Assembly (NCBI GenBank): GCA_050178385.1
Contig: JBFXGD010000006.1
Location: 1-48,216, forward strand
Direction of reading: 5' to 3'
DNA: 48,216 nucleotides
DNA from: Calditrichaceae bacterium
GTDB lineage: Bacteria > Calditrichota > Calditrichia > Calditrichales > JBFXGD01
In this document: in pieces, positions 10,127 to 20,576 of the stretch
How the letters are laid out: every line of letters starts with the position of its first letter
Numbering within the stretch: position 1 is the first letter of the stretch
The notes under the pieces: generated by a model
Seen by the model: the letters and a program-made list of their open reading frames with translations, nothing else
What the model was told of the DNA's origin: nothing
Database searches by the model: none
Translations under genes and position numbers: made by a program

Positions 10127-11605
10127 ATGAAAATACTAACCCGATATATCATTAAAGAACATATAGGTCCTTTTTTCTTTGCTCTTTCGGTTATCATGTT
10201 TATTCTGCTGATGAATTTTCTGGTAAAATACATCGGACAGATTTTTGGAAAAGGACTGGAGATCTTCACAATTTTTAAACTGATTGCCCTTAATCTGGCC
10301 TGGATGCTTGCTCTTGCAGTACCGATGGCAACTCTTGTGGCTGTGCTTATGGCTTACGGACGATTCTCGGCTGACAATGAAATAACCATTTTGAAATCAA
10401 GCGGCATAAGTATCTTCAAAATTATGCGACCTTCACTTTATCTGGGAATTATTCTGACTCTGATCATGGTCTATTTCAGCGATCAGATTCTGCCCGAGTC
10501 AAATCATGAAGCACGCAGAATGTTTCAGGCTATCAGGCGTAAAAAACCGACCCTGCAGCTTGAAGAACATATATTTTATGATCTTTCCCGATTTTCATTT
10601 GTAGTTGATCAGATTGAAAAACCTTTAGAGGATGAGTGGCTGGGTTTAAACAGCCTGCTTGGCCCGGAATACCGAAATCCTGATGATCTTGAGAGACTGC
10701 GAAACATTACCATATTTGACCGGACCGATCAGGGAAAAACAACGACAATCATTGCAGAAGAAGGATATATGGTTTACTCAAGGCCGAGAAAATCATTGGT
10801 ATTCACTCTTTTCAACGGTGAGTTTCACGAGATCGATAATGAGAAATTAGGTGAATATCAACGGTCAAGCTTCAGCAAACATATCGTTTATATACCGGCT
10901 GATGATTTTGAGCTGGAACAGGAAGAAGACAGTTACCGCGGCGACCGGGAAATGAATATAAAAATGATGCAGGCAAAGATTGAAGAAACCAGACAGCAAA
11001 TGATGGAACAGAAAAACAAGATCGGTGAAAACATAGATAAAAATTCAGAAAGCGCCATCAGTCTGATCAAAAAGATGGAATCAGATCCCGGTATCCTTCC
11101 CGCAGACAGCGCGATGATTGCCTCAATCGACACGGTAAAATGGAAAATAGCCCACAGGAAGGCTCTCAACCAGACTGACCGGTATTATCAGAGAATGCGC
11201 ACCAATCAAAATCTTGTCAAAAATAATGAGCAAACGATCAATAAATTCAGTGTCGAAGTTCATAAAAAAATATCCATCCCGTTTGCAAGCATCGTGTTTG
11301 TCCTTATCGGAGCGCCGCTTGGGATTATGGCCAGAAAAGGCAGTATGGGTATCGCCATCAGTATGAGTATCGGTTTCTTTTTGTTGTATTGGGTGTTTCT
11401 CATCGGAGGAGAAGATCTTGCCGACAGACAGCTGCTGACACCTTTTTTCGCCATGTGGGCCGCCAACATTATCGTAGGCATCGGAGGGATTTATCTGACA
11501 TGGAGAGCAATAAAAGAAACATCGTTTATTAACTGGGGAAAACTGCAATCCTTTTTCAAATGGGGCAAAACGCCGCCGCAGAAATCCGGGGAGACGAGCA
11601 TTTAA
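10127..11605 (+). CDS. lptF: LPS export ABC transporter permease LptF (LptF/LptG family)
   Basis: ILTRYIIKE, LAVPMATLVAVLMAYGRFSADNEITILKSSGIS, EVHKKISIPFAS and GAPLG; 6-TM pattern; paired with a second family member. Confidence 0.9.
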   Translation: MKILTRYIIKEHIGPFFFALSVIMFILLMNFLVKYIGQIFGKGLEIFTIFKLIALNLAWMLALAVPMATLVAVLMAYGRFSADNEITILKSSGISIFKIMRPSLYLGIILTLIMVYFSDQILPESNHEARRMFQAIRRKKPTLQLEEHIFYDLSRFSFVVDQIEKPLEDEWLGLNSLLGPEYRNPDDLERLRNITIFDRTDQGKTTTIIAEEGYMVYSRPRKSLVFTLFNGEFHEIDNEKLGEYQRSSFSKHIVYIPADDFELEQEEDSYRGDREMNIKMMQAKIEETRQQMMEQKNKIGENIDKNSESAISLIKKMESDPGILPADSAMIASIDTVKWKIAHRKALNQTDRYYQRMRTNQNLVKNNEQTINKFSVEVHKKISIPFASIVFVLIGAPLGIMARKGSMGIAISMSIGFFLLYWVFLIGGEDLADRQLLTPFFAMWAANIIVGIGGIYLTWRAIKETSFINWGKLQSFFKWGKTPPQKSGETSI

Positions 11606-12684
11606 TGTTTTATCTTACAGACAGATACCTGACACGTCAGTTTGCGATCAATCTATTTATAGCAATTGTGACCTGGATTATTATTTTTCTTGTTGTGGAT
11701 ATTATTGAGCATATCTCAAAATTTCTTGACCGCGGCGCGACACTCGGTCAGTTTACCTTATATTATTTATATTATACTCCATATATCATCAGTCTTACCT
11801 TACCTGTAGCCATGCTGCTTGCTACATTATTTTCACTCAGCACTTTTGCCCAGAACAACGAAATTGTCGCTCAGCTCTCTTCAGGGATCAGTCTGTACCG
11901 GATATTAAGTCCGTTGTTTATTCTTGCCTTTTTGATAAGTATAGCAGCCGGTTTTTTTAATGAAATTGTGGTTCCCGAAGCGAACCAGCGACGATACGAT
12001 ATTTACCGTTATGAGATTTCCAAGAATCCGAGAACATCCGGCACGTCGCGGTCAAATATTTATATTCAGGATTCCGCCAATCGAAAATTTGTAATCAAAT
12101 ATTTTAACAGTAAATCCAACGAAGCCAGCACTGTCAGCATTCAGACTTTTAAAGGCGCTGTTCTCGTCGAAAGACTGGATGCAAAAAAGATGACGTGGAA
12201 AGACAGTCACTGGGTGTTAAATGACGGAATAGTGCGCGACTTTTCGAAGGATCAGGAAACAATCTATACTTTCACGGATTCGACTCTCAACGAATCGAGG
12301 ATCACACCGGAAAATTTAATTGACATACAGAAAAAACCCGAAGAAATGAGTTTCGCTGAGCTTAATCGGTTTATCTCCGAGCTTAAGTCCATTGGCGCGG
12401 ATGTCAGAAAATGGCTTGTTGAAAGACATTTGAAAATAGCCATGCCGTTTACTAATTTTATTGTAGTATTGCTGGGGGCACCGCTCGCGTCGAGAAAAAG
12501 ACGCGGAGGCATTGGTTTAAATTTCGGTCTGAGTCTTCTGGTCAGCTTTATTTATTTTATTATCATACGGACCGGACAGGTATTTGGACATCAGGGTACT
12601 CTTGATCCATTCATCGGCGCCTGGCTGGGAAATTTAATTTTTGTATCATTGGGCCTGGTTTCATTGTTTTCAGTGCAAAAATAA
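11605..12684 (+). CDS. lptG: LPS export ABC transporter permease LptG
   Basis: TDRYLTRQF, LPVAMLLATL, NEIVAQLSSGIS, PEEMSFAEL and KIAMPFTN. ATG 11605 overlaps the lptF stop (TAATG). Confidence 0.9.
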   Translation: MFYLTDRYLTRQFAINLFIAIVTWIIIFLVVDIIEHISKFLDRGATLGQFTLYYLYYTPYIISLTLPVAMLLATLFSLSTFAQNNEIVAQLSSGISLYRILSPLFILAFLISIAAGFFNEIVVPEANQRRYDIYRYEISKNPRTSGTSRSNIYIQDSANRKFVIKYFNSKSNEASTVSIQTFKGAVLVERLDAKKMTWKDSHWVLNDGIVRDFSKDQETIYTFTDSTLNESRITPENLIDIQKKPEEMSFAELNRFISELKSIGADVRKWLVERHLKIAMPFTNFIVVLLGAPLASRKRRGGIGLNFGLSLLVSFIYFIIIRTGQVFGHQGTLDPFIGAWLGNLIFVSLGLVSLFSVQK

Positions 12685-12723
12685 TCTAATTCATATATAT
12701 CAAAACGAAAAGAGATTTACGAA

Positions 12724-14949
12724 TTGTTGAAACATAAACGCGTGCTTTCTCTTCAGTGCTTATATTTATTTTTGCTGTTGCTGAGCATGCCGGGACATGC
12801 AAATAACCCAAAGTTTATATTGGAACCTGTGTATTTTGATTCCGGGATAAATATTGACGGTTACCTGAATGAAGAAATCTGGAAATCGGCCGCGCAAATC
12901 AGGAATTTTTATACATATCAGCCGGTGGACGGACATCCCGCTCAAGATCACACGGCCGCCTTATTCGGATATGACCGTAATAATCTTTATATCGCATTAA
13001 TCTGTTTCGACAGGGAACCGGAAAAAATACGCGCTACTCTCAGTAAACGCGATGATATTTTTACCGATGATCTTATTCTGATTTATATCGATACATTTAA
13101 TGAAGGTAAAACCGCGTATCAATTCGCATTCAACCCTTATGGGATTCAGGCGGACGGCATTCTGACTGAATACACCAGCGAGGATTTTAATCCGGATTTT
13201 ATCCTGGAATCAAAAGGCAGAATTATCAAAAACGGTTACATTATTGAAGCAAAAATACCTTTTAAAAGCCTTCGGTTCCCTGAAAAAAATATCATGGACT
13301 GGAAGATCGGAATTTTAAGAATCATTCAACACAGCGGACAGGTGTTGGTCTGGCCGGCTATTTCACTTGATTCCCCTATGTTCATCGGGCAATTCGGAAC
13401 ATTAAAAAATATTTCTCATATTAAGGCCGGCAGCCGTATTGAAATTTTACCGGAAATCGCCGCGATTCAGGATGGTTCGCTCGAAGACAACCGGTTTAAA
13501 GATCACCCCGCTCAGGTTGAAGCGGGTCTAAACATCCGTTACGGTCTTGCTTCGGATTTGAGTCTTGGCCTCACGGTAAACCCGGACTTCAGTCAGGTGG
13601 AAGCAGATGCCAACAAGATTGATGTTAATCGCCGTTTCCCGCTCCGGTACAATGAAAAACGACCGTTTTTTCTGGAAGGGATTGACCTTTTTCAGACTCC
13701 GATTGAAGCTGTATATACCAGACAGATGCTCAATCCGCTTTGCGGCGCTAAAATTACCGGCCGGATGGGCGATTACTCCATTGGTTTTTTAAGCGAAGCC
13801 GATCAATATGAAGGTAGCGATGATTTTCTGAATTCGCTTGACAATGATCCGGCTCGTTATAATAAGTATCGTGATAAATATACATCTAACCATATTTTGA
13901 GAGTGAAACGCAACATAACGCATAGTTCATTTATAGGATTACTTGTCACTGACAGGGAATTTAGTGATACTTATAACCGTGTCTATGGTGCAGATGGACA
14001 ATTCGCATTTAATGGAAATTATGTTTTTACTTTGCAGGGTCTGTTTTCACAATCACTGCCTGTCACGGGATCCGGCTATATCGAAGATCCCGCATTTTTC
14101 GCGTCTCTTTACCGGGGCAGCCGCAATTTTAATTTCCAGTTATATTATAATGACATATATCCGGATTTTATTGCCGCTAATGGTTTTATTGAACGGACTG
14201 ATGTAAGGGAAGCCGGTCTGCAAATGTGGTATGATTTTTTATGGCATGACCAATTCCTGCAGACAGTCACTCCTTTAATCTATTACAGCCAGATGTTCGA
14301 TCATGACAACAATTTAATCGAAAACAGTATCGCTCCATCTGTTTCTGTTGATATCAGATCACAGACAGCTCTTAAAATTCAATATTACTATCACATGGAA
14401 GAATATCTTCTCAAGGAGTTTGATAAAAACTATTATTCTGTCACTTTTGACAGCAAATCATTATCATGGCTTCACGCTAATATTTACGCGGGCGCCGGAG
14501 ATGAAATTTATTATTACGGAAGTCCCGCGTTTATGGGAGAATCAATCTATCTCACAGCCGATTTCACACTAAAGCCGGTCCGAAATATTTCCAATGAAAT
14601 TAGTTTTAAAACTTATCAGTTTGACGGCACTCAAAACAACATCGATCTGTATCTAAGGCAAAACATTTACAGATTGCGTTCAAACTGGCAAATAACACGT
14701 GATTTATCCCTGAGATTAATTATAGAAAACGTCGATATAAAGGAATCGAACACCGTCTATTCCGAATCGAATACGATAGATTTTAATTTGCTTTTTAGTT
14801 ACAATCCATCACCGGGGACAGTTTTTTTCCTTGGGTACAATGATCAGCAATACCTCAAAGATCATTACACAGGCGGTTGGATTCTAAAAGATTATCAGCG
14901 GTTTGAACGAGGCTTGTTTGCAAAATTTTCGTACCTGTTTCGTTTCTAG
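12724..14949 (+). CDS. Outer-membrane protein with N-terminal CBM9-like (DOMON) domain and DUF5916-type barrel
   Basis: IDGYLNEEIW, FAFNPYGIQAD, EAKIPFKSLRF, LTVNPDFSQVEAD, EKRPFFLEG and C-terminal KFSYLFRF. Start uncertain (TTG 12724). Confidence 0.85.
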   Translation: MLKHKRVLSLQCLYLFLLLLSMPGHANNPKFILEPVYFDSGINIDGYLNEEIWKSAAQIRNFYTYQPVDGHPAQDHTAALFGYDRNNLYIALICFDREPEKIRATLSKRDDIFTDDLILIYIDTFNEGKTAYQFAFNPYGIQADGILTEYTSEDFNPDFILESKGRIIKNGYIIEAKIPFKSLRFPEKNIMDWKIGILRIIQHSGQVLVWPAISLDSPMFIGQFGTLKNISHIKAGSRIEILPEIAAIQDGSLEDNRFKDHPAQVEAGLNIRYGLASDLSLGLTVNPDFSQVEADANKIDVNRRFPLRYNEKRPFFLEGIDLFQTPIEAVYTRQMLNPLCGAKITGRMGDYSIGFLSEADQYEGSDDFLNSLDNDPARYNKYRDKYTSNHILRVKRNITHSSFIGLLVTDREFSDTYNRVYGADGQFAFNGNYVFTLQGLFSQSLPVTGSGYIEDPAFFASLYRGSRNFNFQLYYNDIYPDFIAANGFIERTDVREAGLQMWYDFLWHDQFLQTVTPLIYYSQMFDHDNNLIENSIAPSVSVDIRSQTALKIQYYYHMEEYLLKEFDKNYYSVTFDSKSLSWLHANIYAGAGDEIYYYGSPAFMGESIYLTADFTLKPVRNISNEISFKTYQFDGTQNNIDLYLRQNIYRLRSNWQITRDLSLRLIIENVDIKESNTVYSESNTIDFNLLFSYNPSPGTVFFLGYNDQQYLKDHYTGGWILKDYQRFERGLFAKFSYLFRF

Positions 14950-14974
14950 TTAATTATTTACCGACGGAGGTTTC

Positions 14975-15544
14975 ATGATGCGCTCATCAAATGCGGGTTT
15001 GATTCTCATTACATTGGGATTGTTATTTTTACTCGACAATATGGGATATCTCGATTTCGGAGAGATCATTAGCACTTATTGGCCATTAATTCTGGTCTTA
15101 ATCGGCATCAGAATCATCCTGCGGCATAAACGTGATGAGCCGGAAAGAGATAGATATAAAGGTACTGAACAGGCACACAGTCATGGAAAATATGATTCCG
15201 ATTATAGCAATATTATGGGTGATGTACACATGAATTTCGCAAACAAAGAAATTTCCTATCAGACAGTGAATAATATTTTCGGAGACATGGATCTTGATTT
15301 TTCGGAAAGTAAATTTCTCGCGGACGCTTCAGTAAAAGTTTCGGCGATATTCGGGACCATTCGCATAAGACTTCCTAAAAAAATGAACGCGGATATAGAG
15401 GGGAGCAATATCGCGGGAGATATTCAAATCTTTGAGCAAGTCGAAAGCGGATTATTCAAAAATATACGTTACGGGGAAAAGGGCGCGGGAAATGCCAGAT
15501 TCAAAATATCCGTAATTTTTGGTGATATTCGGGTAACTGATTAA
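14975..15544 (+). CDS. LiaF/LiaI-like envelope-stress membrane protein (DUF5668 N-terminus, LiaF C-terminal beta-solenoid)
   Basis: GLILITLGLLFLLDN...YWPLILVLIG hairpin and repeated (I/F)G(D/T)(V/I/M) strands; GGAGG RBS. Confidence 0.8.
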   Translation: MMRSSNAGLILITLGLLFLLDNMGYLDFGEIISTYWPLILVLIGIRIILRHKRDEPERDRYKGTEQAHSHGKYDSDYSNIMGDVHMNFANKEISYQTVNNIFGDMDLDFSESKFLADASVKVSAIFGTIRIRLPKKMNADIEGSNIAGDIQIFEQVESGLFKNIRYGEKGAGNARFKISVIFGDIRVTD

Positions 15545-15576
15545 AAAACTTTTTTACTTGCCCGGCTTTAAATCTC

Positions 15577-15615
15577 AAAAACAACCGGGGTCTGCAAACA
15601 GACCCCGGTTTTTTT
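15577..15615. terminator. Bidirectional intrinsic terminator
   Basis: AACCGGGGTCTG-CAAA-CAGACCCCGGTT flanked by A and T runs, between convergent genes. Confidence 0.85.
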
Positions 15616-17071
15616 ATCTTCCCTTCTCAATAATTTTAATTGGAGTATCAGCAGGAATGTTTTCATCCAACTCCTTCCCGTTCATCAGGGCGAGTTCTTT
15701 CCAAAGGGACTCATCAATTCCAAAATCCTGAAACGCCAACTGCAGTATACCAGCTTTTTTTGTTCTTTTTATACGGATCCTGTCCGGCTTCACATCAAGT
15801 TTTGAGCGGTCTCTTAAAACATCGAAACCTTTCATCGTATTTTCAAAGTTGCTGCTGTATTTTTCATAGTCCTGCTGAGACGTCAACCCATGAAATATGT
15901 AAATCTGATTGTCTTTCATGATGAAATATGACATTACCTGGATTACCTCCTGATCCGTGGTTATTTTCGAGACAACTTTGTAAGCCCGGAAATCATTGAC
16001 CTTCACATCATTTTGATAAATGACTACCGCCTTGTTTTTTGATATGAATTTTTGCGCTGCCGCAAGCGGAGATGTAGCTTCATCCAGTGTAAATAAAATG
16101 ACCGCTTCTCCCTTACCCGCGACTATCTGGACCTGAGTGGGCAGATTATTCACCTTCCATCCGGCAGGAGCCGGAAACCGGAACTTTAACCCGGGATGAT
16201 AAAAAACACTGCCTTCTAAAAATCCCTGACGGGGATCATCACCATAGACAAGACCGTCAATCTTACTCATGTACTCATCGCGATTTATTTTAAAATCCGG
16301 TCTGTTTACTTTTTTCTGCCATAGAGCCGCTTCTTTCCGGATATCCCCTACACGGTTTTCAGGATTAGGGTGAGTTGAAAACCAGTTTGGCAGCCCTTTT
16401 TCGTCCTCTTTTTCTGACATTCTATCGAGAGTGACAAAGAAATTCGCCATTTCTCTGGCATCATATCCTGTTTTGGTGGAGTATTCAACACCGAGATCAT
16501 CCGACTGTCTTTCATTGTCCCTGCTGAACTTCAGAAAAAGCACACCGACTCCCATTTCAGCGAGTCCGGCGTATTTACTAAATTCTTCAGAAAACACCGA
16601 CCCCAACCCCAAACCTAATTGCGCCAGCTGTCCCTTGCTATACTGTTTTGCCGAATGACGGGCGGTAATATGCCCTATCTCATGTCCGACCACCCCGGCA
16701 AACTCCGCTTCATTGTTCAGATAAGCGAGTATACCCCTTGTAATATAGACAAAACCTCCAGGAACCGCGAATGCATTAATAACAGGACTATCCATTAATT
16801 TGAATTCATATTTCAATTCAGGGCGATGTGATACTTTTGCCATTTCCTGTCCCATCCGGTCCAGATAGTCATGAAGTTCCTTATCATCATAAACACCGTA
16901 TGTTTCCACCACCTGTTTATCCGACTGAATTCCCATTTTAACTTCATCAGAATCGCTAAGCAGCATCAGCTCCCTTTTCCCGGTAACGGGATTGACCGCG
17001 CAGGAAGCCATCCACAAGACTAAATTGAACAGAATAAATATTTTCAGTGAATTTAGGGTGAGACCTGACAT
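15614..17071 (-). CDS. M48 family Zn-metalloprotease lipoprotein (BepA-like N-terminus, degenerate LysM-like C-terminus)
   Basis: Lipobox MASC, NAFAVPGGFVYITRG, HEIGH, FSRDNERQSD and STHP. Confidence 0.92.
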   Translation of the reverse strand: MSGLTLNSLKIFILFNLVLWMASCAVNPVTGKRELMLLSDSDEVKMGIQSDKQVVETYGVYDDKELHDYLDRMGQEMAKVSHRPELKYEFKLMDSPVINAFAVPGGFVYITRGILAYLNNEAEFAGVVGHEIGHITARHSAKQYSKGQLAQLGLGLGSVFSEEFSKYAGLAEMGVGVLFLKFSRDNERQSDDLGVEYSTKTGYDAREMANFFVTLDRMSEKEDEKGLPNWFSTHPNPENRVGDIRKEAALWQKKVNRPDFKINRDEYMSKIDGLVYGDDPRQGFLEGSVFYHPGLKFRFPAPAGWKVNNLPTQVQIVAGKGEAVILFTLDEATSPLAAAQKFISKNKAVVIYQNDVKVNDFRAYKVVSKITTDQEVIQVMSYFIMKDNQIYIFHGLTSQQDYEKYSSNFENTMKGFDVLRDRSKLDVKPDRIRIKRTKKAGILQLAFQDFGIDESLWKELALMNGKELDENIPADTPIKIIEKGR

Positions 17072-17377
17072 TATTATCTCCTGATTTATGTGTTCCCTAT
17101 TCTATCTCTATCGGGCACTTTGTGATAATTTATAATAATCAAAAAAAGTCCGCAAAATTTTAAGAACGATTTTACAGCGCCAAAAAGAATGCTGTAAAAC
17201 AAACGGTCAATATAACTTCAATATTCCGGTGAACAAATCGTCGACGCGCATAGATTAATCCAGAAAATATTTAATGAATCAAGATACATAAAAAGTCTTA
17301 AAGCTCCGTAAAAACCATCATCACATACATTTAACTTTAGTAATGCGATAATATGCCGAAAATAATTCATAAAATTG

Positions 17378-17406
17378 TTGACAAATTAATTTTGCCTGTT
17401 TATATT
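17378..17406 (+). promoter_or_regulatory. Sigma70 promoter of the tetR-exporter operon
   Basis: TTGACA-N17-TATATT, close to consensus. Confidence 0.8.
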
Positions 17407-17419
17407 GAATCATGATTCA
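17406..17419. promoter_or_regulatory. Putative TetR operator (perfect 14-bp palindrome TGAATCATGATTCA)
   Basis: Overlaps the -10 element and predicted start site. Related copies lie at 17275-17288 and 18057-18070. Confidence 0.75.
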
Positions 17420-17437
17420 TTAATCAAAGGAAAAAAC

Positions 17438-18028
17438 ATGAGAACGCGTGAAGGAAACAAAGAAAACGACATTCTTGAAGCTGCCATACAGATTTTCGCT
17501 GAAGCCGGATATCATGGTTCAAAAATTTCTAAAATTGCAGAGGTCGCCGGAGTGGCAAACGGAAGCGTCTATCTTTATTTCCGGAACAAACAGGATATCC
17601 TGGTGAGGATCCTTGAAAAACTTTGGGAACAACTGGCAAATGAAATCCAGAAACTGGTCGATCGGACAGATTTAGATCCACTTGAAAAAATTGACGGCAT
17701 GGTGGATAAAGTTTTTGACACTTTTACTTCAAATCCCAATCTGGCCATCGTGGTCATTAATGAGCACAACCAGATGATACAAAGGGGCGTTGATGATTTC
17801 GCCAAACAGTATGAAAAGTTTCTCGATGCCTGTCGAAAAGTGTTTTCTGAAGGCGTTGATCACGCTTATATCAATCCCGATCTCGATGTCAAAGTGTTTT
17901 TGCATTTCGTTGTCGGGGGACTTCGTCATCTGATTAATTTATGGGCGGGCAATCCGGATATGATGCCATTGGAAAAAATGCGCGAGAATATAAAATATCT
18001 TATCCGTCACGGTGTGATAAAATGGTAA
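17438..18028 (+). CDS. TetR/AcrR family regulator, FadR(YsiA)-like
   Basis: HTH ILEAAIQIFAEAGYHGSKISKIAEVAGVANGSVYLYFRNKQDIL; ATG 17438 follows AAGGA. Confidence 0.93.
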   Translation: MRTREGNKENDILEAAIQIFAEAGYHGSKISKIAEVAGVANGSVYLYFRNKQDILVRILEKLWEQLANEIQKLVDRTDLDPLEKIDGMVDKVFDTFTSNPNLAIVVINEHNQMIQRGVDDFAKQYEKFLDACRKVFSEGVDHAYINPDLDVKVFLHFVVGGLRHLINLWAGNPDMMPLEKMRENIKYLIRHGVIKW

Positions 18029-18056
18029 TATCAGACTAATTTTTTTTAATATTTAA

Positions 18057-18070
18057 TGAACTTTGAGTCA
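18057..18070. promoter_or_regulatory. Second putative TetR operator, upstream of tolC
   Basis: TGAACTTTGAGTCATTAATCAA matches 18 of 22 nt of TGAATCATGATTCATTAATCAA at 17406 and sits inside the inverted repeat TTAATGA-N8-TCATTAA. Confidence 0.6.
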
Positions 18071-18092
18071 TTAATCAATTTTGGAGATCTTA

Positions 18093-19589
18093 ATGCGTTT
18101 TAAGACTGAATTTAGCATCATCGTTGGGCTGTTATTTCTCTTTGGCATATATCCTACTCAACTGGACGCGGGAACACTTTCACTAAGCGCCGCGATCGAT
18201 ATTGCTCTGGAAAACAACAAAAAAGTCCAACAATATAATGAGCGCTTTGAACAAAAACGCTATGCGGAAAAGGAAGCATGGGGTAATTTTTTCCCAACTG
18301 TAAAAATACAAGCGACTTATAACCATCTTAACGACCCGCTGCAAATTGACCTTGAGCCGATCCGCCAGGCAATGATCCAGATTCAATCCGGTAATCAGGT
18401 GGAATTTGCAAATGCCTATTCCCTTTTTCAGGGTAATCCGGCTTTAACAAATACTGAACGCAGTGCCTTGTATGACCAGTATTACGGGCAATTAGACAGC
18501 GCAATTCCGCCCTTTGTCGATACATTCAAAAATCAGGATTATCGAACTGCGTCTATTCAGGCGACACAACCCTTATTTGCCGGTGGAAAAATCATAGCGG
18601 CCAAACGTTATGCCACCGCCGAGTTAAACGCATCGAAAGAGGAACTGCGGCAGACACAAAACGGGGTCGTACAGGACGTTATTAATCAATATATGAATGT
18701 GCTTTTATTAAAAAACGTCGTTCAGACAAGAATAGAAGTCCTAAAAGGTATGACACAGCACCAGAAAAACGCTCAGCTTCTTTATGACGAAGGACTTATC
18801 GCGCGGTATGATTTGTTCCGGGCTAAAGTGGCTGTATCCGATGCTGAACGCGCTTTATTCGATGACAAAAACAATTTATCACTCTCGATGATTGCTCTTA
18901 AAAATACTTTGGGACTGGAAGATGATCTTGAATCCGCTGCCGTCTCCGACTCACTCTTGTACAGATTAATGGACAGAGATATTGACTCATTCATCAACCA
19001 GGCGAATCTGGATCAGCCAGTGCTTCAAATATTGAACTATAAAGGGGTCAGCGCTCAGCAGAACTACGCCGCGCAGCGGGCTGATTTCCTCCCCACCGTC
19101 GCCGGTTTTGCAAAATATGAAATGATCCCGGAAGATCTTTCAAGTCTGGAACCAAGATGGGTAGCCGGTATACAGTTAAATTATACGCTTTTTGAAGGAT
19201 TTAAAAAAAGTAACCGGCTGCAATCCGCGAAACACCTTAAAGCGGAAGTAGAATATCTTGAGCAGGATACAAAACGGCAGATTAATCTTTGGGTTGAAAA
19301 GTCATACAGAGATCTCCGCAACTCCGAGACCCGCTATATCAAACTTGAATCTGATATTGCCCTGGCCAAAGAGAATCTGAGACTAAACCAGAAAAGATTT
19401 GAAACGGGACTTGGGACATCCCTCGAAGTCATAGATGCGAATCTCTCCCTGCAAAAAAATCAGATTGAGCGCTTACTCTCGCTCCATAACTATTATCAAT
19501 CCATGTCATCATTATACACGGCAGCCGGGAATCCCATACAATTTCTTGAATTCTGGAACACCGAAGGGGTACAAAATGAAGCTCACTAA
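18093..19589 (+). CDS. TolC family outer-membrane efflux protein
   Basis: LSLSAAIDIALENN, TQPLFAGGKI, QRADFLPTV and RFETGLGTSLEVIDA; ATG 18093 follows GGAG. Confidence 0.92.
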   Translation: MRFKTEFSIIVGLLFLFGIYPTQLDAGTLSLSAAIDIALENNKKVQQYNERFEQKRYAEKEAWGNFFPTVKIQATYNHLNDPLQIDLEPIRQAMIQIQSGNQVEFANAYSLFQGNPALTNTERSALYDQYYGQLDSAIPPFVDTFKNQDYRTASIQATQPLFAGGKIIAAKRYATAELNASKEELRQTQNGVVQDVINQYMNVLLLKNVVQTRIEVLKGMTQHQKNAQLLYDEGLIARYDLFRAKVAVSDAERALFDDKNNLSLSMIALKNTLGLEDDLESAAVSDSLLYRLMDRDIDSFINQANLDQPVLQILNYKGVSAQQNYAAQRADFLPTVAGFAKYEMIPEDLSSLEPRWVAGIQLNYTLFEGFKKSNRLQSAKHLKAEVEYLEQDTKRQINLWVEKSYRDLRNSETRYIKLESDIALAKENLRLNQKRFETGLGTSLEVIDANLSLQKNQIERLLSLHNYYQSMSSLYTAAGNPIQFLEFWNTEGVQNEAH

Positions 19590-20568
19590 AAACAAACTAA
19601 TCCTGTCAATACCATTAATAATAACCTTGATTTCTGTTCTTGTTCTGAGCATTCAGGCGCTTTCAATTGACACGGTAATCATGACCGGTCTGGTGGAAAC
19701 AACAGAAATTGATATCGCATCTAAAATTCCGGGCCGCATTGAAAGTGTTTATGTAAGTGAGGGAGACGCTGTCACAAAAGGCCAACTGATCGCCAATTTG
19801 GAAAGCAAAGAAATTGATGCCAAAGTCGGGCAGGCCCGCGGTATGATGCAGGCTGCCGCCGCTAAACTGGAAATGGCCAGAAACGGAGCTCGTCCGGAGG
19901 AACGTGAGGCCGTTGAAAAAATGTACATGCAGGCGGTACATCAGTTTGAACTGGCTGAAAAAACATGGAGAAGAGTGGAAAGTGTTTACAAAGACAGTGT
20001 GATTTCTACCCAGGAGCGTGACCAGGTGGAATTTCAATTTAAAGCGGCAAAAGAACAGATGGATGCTGCCCGGGCCAAATTTGATATGGTCAAAAAAGGC
20101 GCCCGGTATGAAGAAATCGCGGCCGCCGAGGGACTATTTCTCCAGGCTCAAAGCGCGTATCAGGAAGCATTGGCTTATCAGGAAGAAACCAGGCTGGTTA
20201 GTCCCATTTCAGGAGAACTATCCGCCAGGATTACCGATCCGGGTGAAATTATCGCAGCCGGCTATCCTGTTTTTTCCGTGACCGATACTTCTGATGTCTG
20301 GGTGGTTCTGCAGATTCGGGAAGATATGATGAGTCTTATTATAAAAGATCTGCTTGTTAAGGGAGAAATTCCGGCTCTTGGGATTGATAATGCGGGCTTT
20401 AAGGTGAGCCATATCGCCACCATGGCGGACTTTGCTACCTGGCGAGCGACAAATCAGAAGGGCGATTTTGATCTTAAAACATTTGAAATTCATCTGCGCC
20501 CGGCTGAGAAGATATCCGGATTACGGGCGGGTATGACGGTCCGCCTTAACTTTATAGAAAATAATTGA
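19576..20568 (+). CDS. HlyD family periplasmic adaptor
   Basis: N-terminal TM, IASKIPGRIESVYVSEGDAVTKGQ, NGARPEE, SPISGE, FATWRAT and GLRAGMTV. Confidence 0.92.
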   Translation: MKLTKNKLILSIPLIITLISVLVLSIQALSIDTVIMTGLVETTEIDIASKIPGRIESVYVSEGDAVTKGQLIANLESKEIDAKVGQARGMMQAAAAKLEMARNGARPEEREAVEKMYMQAVHQFELAEKTWRRVESVYKDSVISTQERDQVEFQFKAAKEQMDAARAKFDMVKKGARYEEIAAAEGLFLQAQSAYQEALAYQEETRLVSPISGELSARITDPGEIIAAGYPVFSVTDTSDVWVVLQIREDMMSLIIKDLLVKGEIPALGIDNAGFKVSHIATMADFATWRATNQKGDFDLKTFEIHLRPAEKISGLRAGMTVRLNFIENN

Positions 20569-20576
20569 GACACGAA

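Noticed and set aside
10930..11250. Long coiled-coil insertion making LptF 492 aa
   Set aside because: Enlarged LptF periplasmic regions are common in FCB-group bacteria; not distinctive.
17200..17228. Possible ECF promoter (minus strand CGGAAT-N17-CGTT) upstream of the M48 protease
   Set aside because: It lacks the AAC core of the -35 element; too weak to call.
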